Source: an uncultured Planctomycetaceae bacterium (GTDB lineage: Bacteria; Planctomycetota; Planctomycetia; Pirellulales; PALSA-1355). Taken from it: DNA of 64,000 bases. The stretch is taken from NCBI GenBank assembly GCA_963785305.1, contig CAWAUV010000007.1, positions 1,408,001 through 1,472,000 of the forward strand, in the 5' to 3' direction. A model generated the notes under the pieces. The model was given only the letters and a program-made list of their open reading frames with translations. It searched no databases and was not told the origin of the DNA. The position numbers and the translations under genes were made by a program. Shown here in pieces: positions 35,748 through 46,866 of this stretch. Numbering within the stretch: the first letter of the stretch is position 1; the number at the start of each line of letters is the position of its first letter.

Positions 35748-36159
35748 CGCGAATGTTTGCGAATCTGGCGGCGGCTGTTCAAGCACTCGGACGAATTGTT
35801 CACCTTTCTCGACGACCCGAACGTGCCGGCCGACAACAACGGAACCGAACGCGACATCCGAAGCCTGGCGGCGGCGAGGAATGATGGCGGCACGCATCGG
35901 ACGGAATGGAGCGCGGCGGCGTTCGCCCGAATCAAGAGCGTGATCGCGACCGGCGCGAAAAACGGTTTGAGCTTCGCAAGGTATGGAATCGAAGTCGTGC
36001 GCACTAAATTGCAAGGCAAGACCCTGCCGCTGCCGATCACCAATAGCAGTTAAACCATCCACCGCGCGACCCATCCCCGGAAATTCCTCGCCCGCGATCC
36101 CCGCCAAAATCGCCACCGCCCCCCCCCACGCCCAGGCCACGCCACGGCTTAACAGTTAC
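35748..36159 (+). mobile_element. IS66-family (ISBst12-like) remnant: transposase C-terminus and terminal repeat
   Basis: LFTFLDDPNVPADNNGTERDIR...KSVIAT (to 36053), and the end motif CTTAACAGTTAC (reverse complement GTAACTGTTAAG). Confidence 0.8.
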
Positions 36160-36571
36160 GTTCAGGAATGTTCCTTCGTCAGAAAAAGCTATATGTCTCA
36201 CGGCTTTTGACCGTGACCAACTGCTGCAAATGGTCGCTGGATGGTTCAGATTGTCGATAGCTCACGCTCCAACTTGGTAATCTCTCCGTTCGCCGTCGAA
36301 TTCATGTCCGCCTCGGCATGTTTCTTCGCAAAATGGAACTTGAACGGAATCCACCCTGGGTCCGAGCCAGCGGCGGCTTGACCCGATCTCGCTTCGGCGG
36401 ATTCAACCTTCGCCCGAGACATCGCTTCCCTCCCTTGTCGTTTGCATTTTCCGCTTTCTCCGCGCTTGTTGCAACCCGATTTTTGGATAGCGCAGGGCGG
36501 TTGAGGGCGGTTTTTCGTTGTCAACGGAGTTGGTCTCGCTTCGTGCGTGCGGCGGCTGTCGTGGCCGCGAA

Positions 36572-37684
36572 TTATTTCAGCGCATCGGCGACGAGTGATC
36601 GACTCCGCGCTGATGGCGGCGCCGCGTCGAAACTCCACCGGGGCTCCGACTGCCGGCCGACGCGTGGGCAAGTGAAATGCGCGGCGGCTGGCGGGACCGA
36701 GAAGCTCGGGGCGACTTGCTCGCCGATGTCGAATGTTTCCGGCGGCTCGAAGTTCAACGTGTAGTCGACCAGCCAGAGCGGCCGGCGCTTCGACTCGACA
36801 TAAATCCGCGCGATATATTCGCCCAGCACCCCGATGCCCAGCGATGTGAAGCCCAGATTGGCCAAGAGCAGTAAGTTCACCGTGGTGAAACCTTCGGGCG
36901 GATGGAGAAACAGCCGCCTGGCCACATAGATAGCGCTTAATAGCAGCGTGAGCATAATCATGCCGGCGCCGAACAAGCTGAACGCGCGGAGCGGCTTGAG
37001 CGACGAACTGAACACGGCGTTGAACATGAACCCAATGAGAAACAGCGGCGAATTGTTCGTGGCGCCCTTCGTGCGTCCGCGACGCGTGTAGGGAATGCCC
37101 AACTGGCGAAACCCGAGCCAGTGGATCATGCCCCGCACATAGCGATTGGCTTCCGGCAACTGGGCGAAGGCGTCGCGGGCCCGCCGGCTGATTAGGCGGA
37201 AATCGGCGCTATGCTCGGGCAGCTTCACTTCGTCGCTCATCCAGGTGATGAACCGCATTGCCCACATCGTGGCCGTGATGCGCAGCCGCGATTCGCCGGT
37301 GCGCTTTTCGCGCACTCCATACACGATGTCGTAGCCTTCTTGCCACTTGGCGACAAAGGTGGCGATCAATTCGGGCGGATCTTGGAGATCGCTATCGATG
37401 CACATGATCGCATCGCCCGAGGCCGCGAGCATGCCGGCGGTGATCGAATTTTGATATTCGAAGTTGCGGCTCAGGCGCAGATATCGCCAGCGGGCATCGT
37501 GGCTACAAATGTCGGCCATGATCTCGGGAGTGCGGTCGTGGCTGCCATTGTCGACGACCACCACTTCGTAGGGCATTCCCAATTGTTCGAGCGTGGCGGT
37601 CAGCGTGGCGTACGTGTCGCGGAGCACTTCCTGCTCGTTGCGCACCGGCACGACCATGCTGAGCTTTTTTTGGGGCTGGTTCAT
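36572..37684 (-). CDS. GT2 glycosyltransferase (GtrB/ArnC-like, polyprenyl-phosphate type)
   Basis: VVPVRNE, VDNGS.DRT, LSRNF and DSDLQDPPE; two C-terminal TMs with GEYIARIY.ESKRRP. Confidence 0.92.
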   Translation of the reverse strand: MNQPQKKLSMVVPVRNEQEVLRDTYATLTATLEQLGMPYEVVVVDNGSHDRTPEIMADICSHDARWRYLRLSRNFEYQNSITAGMLAASGDAIMCIDSDLQDPPELIATFVAKWQEGYDIVYGVREKRTGESRLRITATMWAMRFITWMSDEVKLPEHSADFRLISRRARDAFAQLPEANRYVRGMIHWLGFRQLGIPYTRRGRTKGATNNSPLFLIGFMFNAVFSSSLKPLRAFSLFGAGMIMLTLLLSAIYVARRLFLHPPEGFTTVNLLLLANLGFTSLGIGVLGEYIARIYVESKRRPLWLVDYTLNFEPPETFDIGEQVAPSFSVPPAAAHFTCPRVGRQSEPRWSFDAAPPSARSRSLVADALK

Positions 37685-37781
37685 GCGATTCGCTTCGGAG
37701 TTCGGGGTTGACGACAAATAGGAAATCGGGGCGCGGCAAATGGCTTTGGCACGGACTAAAAATAACTGCCTGATTTGTTTG

Positions 37782-37816
37782 CCCCTCGCCCAACCCTTCT
37801 CCCCGGGAGAGAGGGG
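37782..37816. repeat. REP-like palindrome
   Basis: CCCCTCGCCCAACCCTTCTCCCCGGGAGAGAGGGG, related to 27887-27932. Confidence 0.55.
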
Positions 37817-37846
37817 TTTATCGAAAAGGTATTTTTGGTCCGTTCC

Positions 37847-38960
37847 TTAAGCCGCCGCGGCAGCGGCCTGCAAGCGACGCTCGCGCGTCTCGCGCGATTC
37901 GTTGGAATCCTTGAAGCTCTCGATCGTGCGGCGAAAGCCGTCGATCAGTGAGGTTGTGGCCCGCCAGCCGAGCGCCTCGAGTTTGGTCGTGTCGGGAACC
38001 GAGCGTGGCGTCACGCTCGGCAAGTAATTCGCATCGCTGGGCGCCGCATGTTTCACGCCCAGTCGCTTCGCGGGATGGAGCCCAACCAAGATCCGCGCCA
38101 GCTCCGCCACGCTGGCCTCGGCTCGCGCATTGCCCACATTGTAGGCTTCGCCTCGAGCGCCCAAGAGCAATGCGGTGAAGTAGCCGATCGTGGCGTCGGC
38201 CAAATAGCAATAGGCGCGGCGGGCGAGCCCACTCGAGCGCATCACGATATCGCGTCCGGCGACCACATCGGCGACAAAGTCGGCAAATACCCGGCCATCG
38301 TCGGTGGCCATGCCCGGCCCGTAGGTATGAAACGGGCGGACGATCGTTACCGGCACGCCAAATTGCCGCTGCCACGCCACGCACAAACTCTCGCCGAATC
38401 GCTTGCCTTCGGCATAGCACGACCGAGGCGCCAGGGGATCGAGCGAGCCGATCATCGACTCGGTGATCGGCTTGTCGGGCGCCGACAATGTGCCATAGAT
38501 CTCGGCGCTGCTAAAGTACAATACGCCTCGTGATTTCTTCTCCCGCGCAGATCGAGCACATTGTGCGTGCCGAGGCTGTTGGCCGCGAGGGTGCCCGCGG
38601 GATCGACGCTATAGTATTTGGGGCTCGCCTGGCTGGCGGCGTGAATGATGTAGTCGAGCGGGCCCTTGAATCGAATCGGAGTGGCGACATCCTGCGTCAG
38701 AAGCCGAAAGTCCGCGCGACCGAGATGCTCGGCAAATCGGGCTTGAGCCTTGCTCGTGCTGCGCACCAGCCCCACGACGGTCGTGGGCCGGCCGCGGCCG
38801 ACGCGGTTGCGCGCAGCAGTGTCTCGACGATGTAGGCCGGTAAGAAACCGTTGGCGCCGGTGACGAGAACCGTGGCTCCATCGAACTGATCGAAGGGCAG
38901 CGGCGACTGAACAATCTTGGCCAAATCGGCGGCGACGATCGGATGCATTTTAGTTCCCAT
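37847..38960 (-). CDS. NAD-dependent epimerase/dehydratase (UDP-glucuronate decarboxylase-like), two frameshifts
   Basis: VTGANGFL, IHAASQASP, SSAEIYG, RSCYAEGKR and RPFHTYGP motifs. Confidence 0.9.
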
Positions 38961-39319
38961 GGGAGACGCCAACTCGGCCCCCGCTGACACGACGCTACCG
39001 CTAGCAAAGACGATGGCGATATCGTCACGGGACCGTTGGCGTGCCCTAGGTATCGACTTTGCGGGATCAATAGTTTATTCATTTTGCAAAGACTTTGCGG
39101 CCGCTGGCTTGCTGGCAGCCTGCGTTGCCTAGGTATTTCGGCGCCGGACTAACTGTGCCTCGTTCGGGACCGAAGAATCGTGGCGCGTGCATGCCGTGGG
39201 TCATTGCGGGCGCCTCGTGGCGGGGCAAGTTTCTTGACAGGCCGCGGCAAACGGCACAAACTGGAGCGGCGCGGTCGGATTTGTCGCATAATGAGAATAC
39301 ACAAAAAGGGAAATGTTCG

Positions 39320-40075
39320 ATGATCAGTCGCGGATTGGGCCTCGCGAGCTTTCTTGGGGGCCTCGCGCTCGTGGCCGGTTTTTCGTTTGCCGATCCGCCA
39401 CGGTCCGCGCCCGCGGCGCCCTCGAGCTATGCCCCGGCCGCCGACCTTGTCGCCCAGGTCGACTATTACATGGGGCGCATTTCCGACGCCCTGGCGTCGC
39501 CGGCCGAGTACGACGCCGACAAGCAATCGCGCGTCGATAAAGACGCGAACACGGTGGCGGCTCTGGCGCTAGTGCTCGGCCAGCATGACCAGAAGAACAA
39601 GTATCAGGCAGCTAGCGCCGGCATGATCGCGGCGGCCCAGCGATTGGCCGCGGCCTCGGCCGACGCGGCCTCCGCGGCGCGCGAGCTCGCGGCGCTCAAG
39701 GCGGCGTCGCAAGTTAGCGGCGAGCCGGCGCCCTGGGGCGAAGTGGCTTCGCTGCCGGCGCTCATGAAGCAGGTGCCGATCGTGAACAATAGTCTGCGCC
39801 GCGGGCTCGATCCGGCGAAATTCAAGAAGCAGAAAAACACGGTGGCCGAACAAGCGGCCACATTGGCGGCGATCGCCGAGGCTTCGTGGCACGACACGTC
39901 GAACGCGACGGACGTCGAAGACACGGCCGCTTGGCGAAAGTATTGCGTCGAGATGCGCGACGCCGCCGCGGCCGTCAACACCGCGGCCCACGAAAGCGAT
40001 GTGGCCGCCGCGGGCGTCGCCGCGAAGCGACTCGCGCTGAGCTGCGACGGATGCCACGCCAAATTTCGCCAATGA
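39320..40075 (+). CDS. exported helical c-type cytochrome (cytochrome c'-like)
   Basis: Signal peptide, Ala-rich helices and a single C-terminal CDGCH heme motif. Confidence 0.8.
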   Translation: MISRGLGLASFLGGLALVAGFSFADPPRSAPAAPSSYAPAADLVAQVDYYMGRISDALASPAEYDADKQSRVDKDANTVAALALVLGQHDQKNKYQAASAGMIAAAQRLAAASADAASAARELAALKAASQVSGEPAPWGEVASLPALMKQVPIVNNSLRRGLDPAKFKKQKNTVAEQAATLAAIAEASWHDTSNATDVEDTAAWRKYCVEMRDAAAAVNTAAHESDVAAAGVAAKRLALSCDGCHAKFRQ

Positions 40076-40384
40076 AGTTGCTTGCGCGGCAAAATGGTCT
40101 CTCGAACGGGATCACGCCGCGCATGCGGATTCGGGGAATGACGTAGAATTCGAAGCGCCCCGCCGGTGGTCGCAACGGTCGAGCGCGCGGTCCGATCCGC
40201 GCTTCCGACAGACCTGACCCGAGCGGCGCGGCTTCGCCGGCTCGCCCGACCGCCCGTCGCGGCGCCATCGGCAATTGGTTCGCGTTAATTTATTGAAACC
40301 GAGGTCTTGGAGAACGCATTCGGCGGTGAGTCAGTGGTATGTTTCCCACAGCAGTCCGGGCGACTAATCCTGACCTAACCGAGT

Positions 40385-42514
40385 GTGCTTATGCTTATGC
40401 CAATTAGGCATCCCGCGCTACAGTTTTCGCATCCGCTTCCGTATGGGGCCATTCTTCACGATCAAGGAGTTCAATTCGTCGTTTTCAGCCGCTCCGCGAC
40501 CTCGATGCGCGTGCTGCTCTACGACCATGTGAAAGACCCCGATCCTTCGGACATTATCGTCTTCGACCGCGATGGCGATCGCTGGGGAGACATTTGGAGC
40601 GTGTTCGTGCCGGGTATCGGCGCCGGACAGCTTTACCATTTCCAGGCCGACGGCCCTTTCGAGCCCGAGCGAGGGCACCGGTTCGACCGCACCGCGCGAT
40701 TGCTCGATCCATATGCCCGCGCCTTGGCCGGTGAATTTCTGCCTAGTCGCGATGGCATCATCCGTCCGCCGAAGTGCGTGGTGGTCGATGATTCGTTTGA
40801 CTGGCAGGGCGACCGGCACTTGCGCCGCGAGCTCGCCGAAACCACGATCTACGAAATGCATGTTCGCGGCTTCACGAAGTCGCCGACCAGCAAGGTCGAG
40901 CATCCGGGCTCGTATCTGGGCGTGATCGAGAAGATTCCGTATTTGAAGAGCCTCGGCGTCACGGCGGTCGAGTTGATGCCGGTGCATGAGTTCCCGACCA
41001 ACGGTCCCCACGGCGACAAGACGAAGCCCAACTATTGGGGCTACGATTCGATGTCGTTTTTCTCGCCCCACCGCGGCTATGCCGCCGGCTCGACGCCCGG
41101 CTGCCAGGTGAACGAGTTCAAGCAAATGGTTCGGGCCCTGCATCAGGCCGATATCGAAGTGATTCTCGACGTGGTCTTCAACCACACCGCCGAAGGCAAC
41201 GAGCTGGGGCCCACGCTGAGCTTCAAGGGCCTCGAGAACCAAGTCTATTACATGCTCACCGGCGGCGGGGCCTATTACCGCAATTACTCCGGTTGCGGCA
41301 ACACGGTGAACGGCAACCACCCGATCGTGCGCGAGATGATCTTCCTCAGCCTTCGCCACTGGGTGCATAACTATCACATCGATGGCTTTCGCTTCGACTT
41401 GGCTTCGATCCTCAGCCGCGATCGCAACGGCGATCTGGTGCCGAATCCGCCTTGCGTGGAATCGATCGCCGAAGATCCGATGCTGGCCGACACCAAGATT
41501 ATCGCCGAGGCCTGGGACGCCGCCGGCGCGTACCAAGTGGGCTCGTTCGGCCAACTGCGCTGGGCCGAGTGGAATGGCCGCTATCGCGACGATGTGCGCC
41601 GTTTCTGGCGCGGCGACATGGGCCTGACCGGCGCCCTGGCCACGCGCATCTCGGGCTCGAGCGATCTCTACGAGGCCGGCGGGCGGCAGCCATATCACAG
41701 CATCAATTTCATCACGTCGCACGACGGCTTCACGCTGAGCGACCTCAACAGCTATGTGCAAAAGCACAACGAAGCCAACGAAGAAGGCAATCGCGATGGC
41801 GACAACAACAACTACAGCGGCAACTACGGTGTCGAAGGCCCCACCAAGCGCCGCGATATCGAAGCGCTCCGCTCGCGGCAGGTGCGCAATATGCTCGCCA
41901 CGCTGTTTCTGAGCCAAGGCGTGCCGATGCTGCTCTCCGGCGACGAATGCCGCCGCACGCAGCGAGGCAACAACAACGCCTATTGCCAAGACAATGCGAT
42001 CAGTTGGTTCGACTGGACCCTGGTCGAGCAAAACGCCTCGCTGATTCGTTTTACCCAGTGCCTGACCCATTTTCGCCAGCAACAAGCCACGGTGCGCCGC
42101 AGCTCGTTTCTCAGCGGAGCTCCCGAAGTGCCCGGCGAACTGCCCGATGTCGGCTGGTACGGACCCGACGGCCGCGGCCGCGACTGGAGCCGCGACGACG
42201 GCAGCCTGACCTGCTTCTTCGGAGCGCCGGCCAGCTTGAGGGCCGAATGCCCCGACGCGCGGCATTTGCTCATCATGTTCCACGCCGGCCGCGAGGGACG
42301 CGAGTTCGTGATTCCCAAGCTTGCCCAGCCGGTCCGCTGGCGACTCTTCATCGACACGATGCAAGAAGGGCCCGACGATATTCATCCAAATCTAAACGGC
42401 CCCGCGGCCCCGGCCTCGGGCCGCATTTGGCTCGACCACCATTCGCTGGTCGGGTTCGTGTCGGAACCCCAACCCGCGCCCGTTCCCAAAGCGAAGCGCG
42501 GCCGACGATCGTAA
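40385..42514 (+). CDS. glgX: glycogen debranching enzyme (GH13)
   Basis: IYEMHVRGFT, NYWGY, DVVFNHT, DGFRFDLAS, AEAWD and SHDGFTL motifs. Confidence 0.95.
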   Translation: MLMLMPIRHPALQFSHPLPYGAILHDQGVQFVVFSRSATSMRVLLYDHVKDPDPSDIIVFDRDGDRWGDIWSVFVPGIGAGQLYHFQADGPFEPERGHRFDRTARLLDPYARALAGEFLPSRDGIIRPPKCVVVDDSFDWQGDRHLRRELAETTIYEMHVRGFTKSPTSKVEHPGSYLGVIEKIPYLKSLGVTAVELMPVHEFPTNGPHGDKTKPNYWGYDSMSFFSPHRGYAAGSTPGCQVNEFKQMVRALHQADIEVILDVVFNHTAEGNELGPTLSFKGLENQVYYMLTGGGAYYRNYSGCGNTVNGNHPIVREMIFLSLRHWVHNYHIDGFRFDLASILSRDRNGDLVPNPPCVESIAEDPMLADTKIIAEAWDAAGAYQVGSFGQLRWAEWNGRYRDDVRRFWRGDMGLTGALATRISGSSDLYEAGGRQPYHSINFITSHDGFTLSDLNSYVQKHNEANEEGNRDGDNNNYSGNYGVEGPTKRRDIEALRSRQVRNMLATLFLSQGVPMLLSGDECRRTQRGNNNAYCQDNAISWFDWTLVEQNASLIRFTQCLTHFRQQQATVRRSSFLSGAPEVPGELPDVGWYGPDGRGRDWSRDDGSLTCFFGAPASLRAECPDARHLLIMFHAGREGREFVIPKLAQPVRWRLFIDTMQEGPDDIHPNLNGPAAPASGRIWLDHHSLVGFVSEPQPAPVPKAKRGRRS

Positions 42515-42645
42515 TCATCGTCCTCCCGCGAGGCTTTTCGGCCTCGCGGGAGGACGTTTTCCGTGTCTAACTCAAGCCGAGACGCTTCTTTCCCTAGCGC
42601 CAAGCGGCTTAGCTCAGCGCCCCCCGATCGAACACTCAATACTTC

Positions 42646-43632
42646 CTACCACCTCCACCCCGCCCCGATCTCCGGATTCACCAAACAGCCCGGCGCCAGC
42701 GGCTCGCCGCGCCAGAGCTTTGCCAAGCATTCGGCCGCCAAGCATCCCATGGCGTCGATCGACAGCAGGTCTTGCCCAGCGATATGCGGGCTGAACACCA
42801 CATTGTTGAATCGCAGCAGCCGGCTCGTGGTGGGTAGCGGCTCGACCACGAACGCGTCGAGCCCCGCGCCGGCCAGGCGCCCGCTCTCCAAGGCGTCGGC
42901 CAGCGCTTCTTCGTCGACTAGGCCGCCCCGCGCCGTGTTGATGAGCACGGCGCCGGGCCGCATTTGGGCGAGCGTCTCGCGGCGGATCAGCCGAGCCGTG
43001 GCCGCGGTGCAAGGCAAATGCAAGCTGACGATATCCGATTCGGCCAAGAGCTCATCGAGCCCCACGAGCCGTACTCCTTGCGCCTCGGCGAAAGCATGGT
43101 CGGGCGCCGGGTCGAACGCGACCACGCGCACATCGAACGCTTGCGCCCGCGGCGCCACGGCCCGCGCAATACGGCCCAGGCCGATGAGTCCGAGCGTCTT
43201 GCCGGCGAGCCGCGGGAGATAGCTTCGCCGCCAACTGCCGTCGCGCACCACGGCGTCGCGTTCGACTACATTGCGAAACACCGCCAAGATCAGGGCCAGC
43301 GCGTGCTCGGCCACCGCCACATGGTTCACGCCCGGCGTGATCGCCAGCGCGATGCCGCGGGCCGTGGCGGCGGGCACATCCACGGCGTCGTAGCCGACCC
43401 CATAGCGGGCGATCGCCCGGAGCTGGCTTGCTTCGAGCACCTCGCGGCCCAGCGGTTCGAGACCGGCGATGATCGCGTCGATTCCGACCAAATGCTCGAT
43501 CAGCCTCGCGGGTTCATGAAGCGAGATTTCCGCCGGACGCAGCACGATTTCGAGACCCGCCTCGGTGAGAATTCGGCTCCACCGTTCGGGGCGATTGATC
43601 ATCTCGATCACGCTGACAAGCACGCGCGGCAT
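42646..43632 (-). CDS. D-isomer-specific 2-hydroxyacid (phosphoglycerate-like) dehydrogenase
   Basis: GVGYDAVD, GLIGLGRIA, INTARGGLVDE and SPHIAG motifs. Confidence 0.92.
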   Translation of the reverse strand: MPRVLVSVIEMINRPERWSRILTEAGLEIVLRPAEISLHEPARLIEHLVGIDAIIAGLEPLGREVLEASQLRAIARYGVGYDAVDVPAATARGIALAITPGVNHVAVAEHALALILAVFRNVVERDAVVRDGSWRRSYLPRLAGKTLGLIGLGRIARAVAPRAQAFDVRVVAFDPAPDHAFAEAQGVRLVGLDELLAESDIVSLHLPCTAATARLIRRETLAQMRPGAVLINTARGGLVDEEALADALESGRLAGAGLDAFVVEPLPTTSRLLRFNNVVFSPHIAGQDLLSIDAMGCLAAECLAKLWRGEPLAPGCLVNPEIGAGWRW

Positions 43633-43702
43633 GGACGATGTTCCTCCTAAACTTCCGAATGTCGAGATGATGAATCACCCCCGGGACTCCGCGGGGGAAC
43701 GA

Positions 43703-46572
43703 TTATTTGCCGTCCTTCGCGGTATCGAGTTGCCGGAGGCGGATATCCTTGATGGCCGCCGTGCTCATATACGACGCCACGCCCAGCGGTTTGCACAGCT
43801 CCATTTCGCGGCGGATCGAGATCTTTTTCATCTTCCGGTCGACATCGACGACTTTTTCGCCGTCGATCCAGGCTTCGATCTTGTCGTCGGCGACTCGCAG
43901 CCGGACTTTGTGCCAGCGGCCGTTGTCAAACGTCATGACTTTCGTGGTTTCGTTTTCCGAGGCATCCATGCCATCGAGACTCGATAGGCCGACGAGACCC
44001 CCGCCCCAGCCGCCCACCACCAAGCTGCAAGGATCGGGCCCGACCGGAAATGTGACGGTGCAGAAGAAATCCGAGCCATCGACCCGCTTCGCGGTGAGCT
44101 CGATTTCATAATCATCGCGCGGCGTTTCGCCCGTGAATGAAATGCCGGTGAGCGGTTCGCCGAACTTCATCACGATCTCGTCGCCGGCCACGTCCACATC
44201 GCCATGTCCGGCGAAGGGCGTCGATTGCCAGCCGCGCAAGCTCTTGCCGTCGAAAAGCCGACGCCAGCCATCGCTCTTGGCGCTCGAGCCGGGCGAAGCG
44301 GCGCGGCGCACGGCGTCGAGCCCGGCGTCGATATATTGGCCGCCACCGGTCTGATGGCAATGGATCGCGATCGTGTTCTTGCCGGCATGCAACGTCGCCA
44401 GCGCCGGCGCCGTGATCGGCATCGATTCGTATTCGGTCGAATACGCCGACGCCTCGGCCGCCAGTTCGCCGTTGAGATACACTTCAACATCCTCGTCGTG
44501 GTGCATGCGGAGCGCAACTCCTTGGGCGCATCGGCCGGAAGCTCGAACACCCGACGGAGCCAGATATCGTCGGTTTTCCATTTCGTGCGCACCACGCCGC
44601 CGGGAGTCGTGGGCTCGCCAAACCCGCCAGGTCCCGAGGTCCAGCGCGAATCGTCGAAATCGGCTTTCATCCAACCGCTCGCGGGCTTGTCGGTCGTGTA
44701 ACGCCAGTCGATCGCCTGCCGTTCGCTCGTGGGAACCAGCGGCGACATCGTCGGCGGCGGCTCATGCAGCCGGCGATTGGCCTCGGCCAGCTTCTCGATA
44801 TCGGGCTTGATGATCGCGCGATCGTACGTCATGAGCCCATTCACTTCACCCTCGACATCGGTGGTTTGCGTGTAGACCGACGCGCACAGCCCGGGCGAGT
44901 GGATCAAAGCCGGCATGCGGTTGAACCGACCCACGAGGTTTCTTGTAAGCTGATCGCGATCGGAGAGATTCTGATAACCCCAGTTCTTGTCGGATTGCCA
45001 GACATGGGCCGTGATCGGGAGGCCCAGCCCGCCGAACTCGCCCAGCACCGCGGCCCGATCGCCCTCGGGCCGCGGCGAGCCGGGACCGGGGTAGTTGTGC
45101 ATGTCGACCACATTGCCGGCCGGGCGATCCGACCAGCCGCTGGCGCAGTCGACGAGCCGGGTGGGATCGTATTTCTCGATCCAGTTCGCGATGCGCACCG
45201 TGTCGAACTGGCCCCAGCCCTCGTTGAAGGGCACCCACATCACGATCGACGGATGATTCCGATGGGTGTCGATCATCGCCTTGAGCTCGCGCTCGAACTG
45301 CGCCGCCGCCTCGGGCTCTTTCTTAAGATCGTCGTCCTTGGGGCCGATTCCCCGATCGCCGCTCGGCATGTCTTGCCACACCAGCACCCCCAGGCGGTCG
45401 CACCAGTAGTACCAGCGCTCGGGCTCGACCTTCACATGCTTGCGAATCATGTTGAAGCCGAGCCGCTTCGTGATTTCGATATCATAGCGCAGCGCTTCGT
45501 CGGTGGGCGCGGTGTAGAGTCCGTCGGGCCAGAAGCCTTGGTCGAGCAGACCGGTTTCGAACACGAACTGGCCATTGAGCATCAGCCGGGGTATGCCTTC
45601 GGAGTCCTTGGCCACGCCGATCTTGCGCATGCCCACATAGCTCTCCACCACATCGCCGCTGCCGAGCCCGACGCGCAGTTGATACAAATGCGGATCGTCG
45701 GGCGTCCAAAGTCGCGGATGGAGAATCTTGAGCGTGAGCGTGGGATGATCGGCTGTTCCCTCGACCGTGGCCACCTCGCGCTCGCCGTCGAGCGCCTTGG
45801 CCCAAATGCGGCCCGAGGCCAGGGGGCCATCGATCGCGAGGTCGATCTTCACTTCGCCGCGATCAATGTCGGAAGTGATCGTGAGCCCGGCAATCGAAGT
45901 TTCGGGCACGACTTCCATCCACACGGTTTGCCGAATGCCGGTCGTGGGCGTGTACATGATTCCGCCCGGCCGTTTGACTTGCTTGCCGCGCGGTTGCGGC
46001 CCGGTGTCGGTCGGATCCCACGCCGCCACGACCAATTCCTGCTCGCCGTCGGCGGTGAGCGCGCCGGTGATATCGAAGGTAAAAGGATCGTAGCCGCCGC
46101 GATGCCCGCCGACTTCCTTGCCGTTGACCCAGACGGTCGCCTCCCAGTCGATGGCGCCGAATTGCAGTAGCAGCCGCTCGCCCGGATGCAGCTCGGGCCG
46201 CTTCACCGCGAGGCGATACCAGAGCCGTTGTTTTTCGTCGATCCGTTGCATCACGCCGCTGAGCGCCGACTCGACGCAAAAGGGAACGAGAATCTGGCCC
46301 TCGAACTTCTCGGGCTTGCCGGCTTCCTTGGGCGTGATTGCATAACTCCAGAGCCCGTTGAGATTGATTCCCTCGCCACGCGCCATTTGCGGTCGCGGAT
46401 ATGCGGGCAGCGCCGCGTCGGGCTTCACATCGCGCCACCAGCGCGTCATCAGCGGCCCCTTGGCTGGCTCCCAATCGGCGGCCGCGGCCCAATGATCCAC
46501 CGCGAATGTGCAGAACAAGGCGATTGCGATCGCGGGGAGTCGAAGATCGAAACGTGATGGGCGGGCGTTCAT
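43703..46572 (-). CDS. exported GH2 glycoside hydrolase with a jelly-roll module and C-terminal DUF1080 domain, frameshift near 44510
   Basis: YPRPQM, LNGLW, LDQGFWPDGLYTAP, RKHVKVE and WVPFNEGWGQ; then HHDEDVEVYLNG; then LFDGKSLRGW...GSDFFC..GGWGGG. Confidence 0.88.
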
Positions 46573-46866
46573 GGAAATAGCTCCTGACACAAGACGAGAA
46601 AAGGCGGCCTGTGCGAGCGGGCCCGGCTGAGGTTCGCGGAAAGTAACCGCTAGATTAACTTACCCCAAGTTCCGATGCCAGCAACGCCGCCAAAACAGCG
46701 GTAGCGTGGGACTTGCGGCGGGATTATCCTGGCCCGGCGGCGGAAGCGCCCGACCGATGGCCGGCGGCGGAATCGCCCCCCGGTGAGTCGGTGTCGTGAT
46801 CGCGCGCAACGCGACCAAGCAAGCGTTCGGGTCTCATGAACCCCAAAACCGATTGACTTCAATCCC

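Noticed and set aside
35148..36140. 330-aa transposase with a long N-terminal extension
   Set aside because: The extension is the antisense of the IS66 remnant; the RAYT starts at MPRPPR (35666).
36160..36430. Possible small gene or fragment next to the IS66 end
   Set aside because: Short, with no recognisable motif, so I cannot support it.
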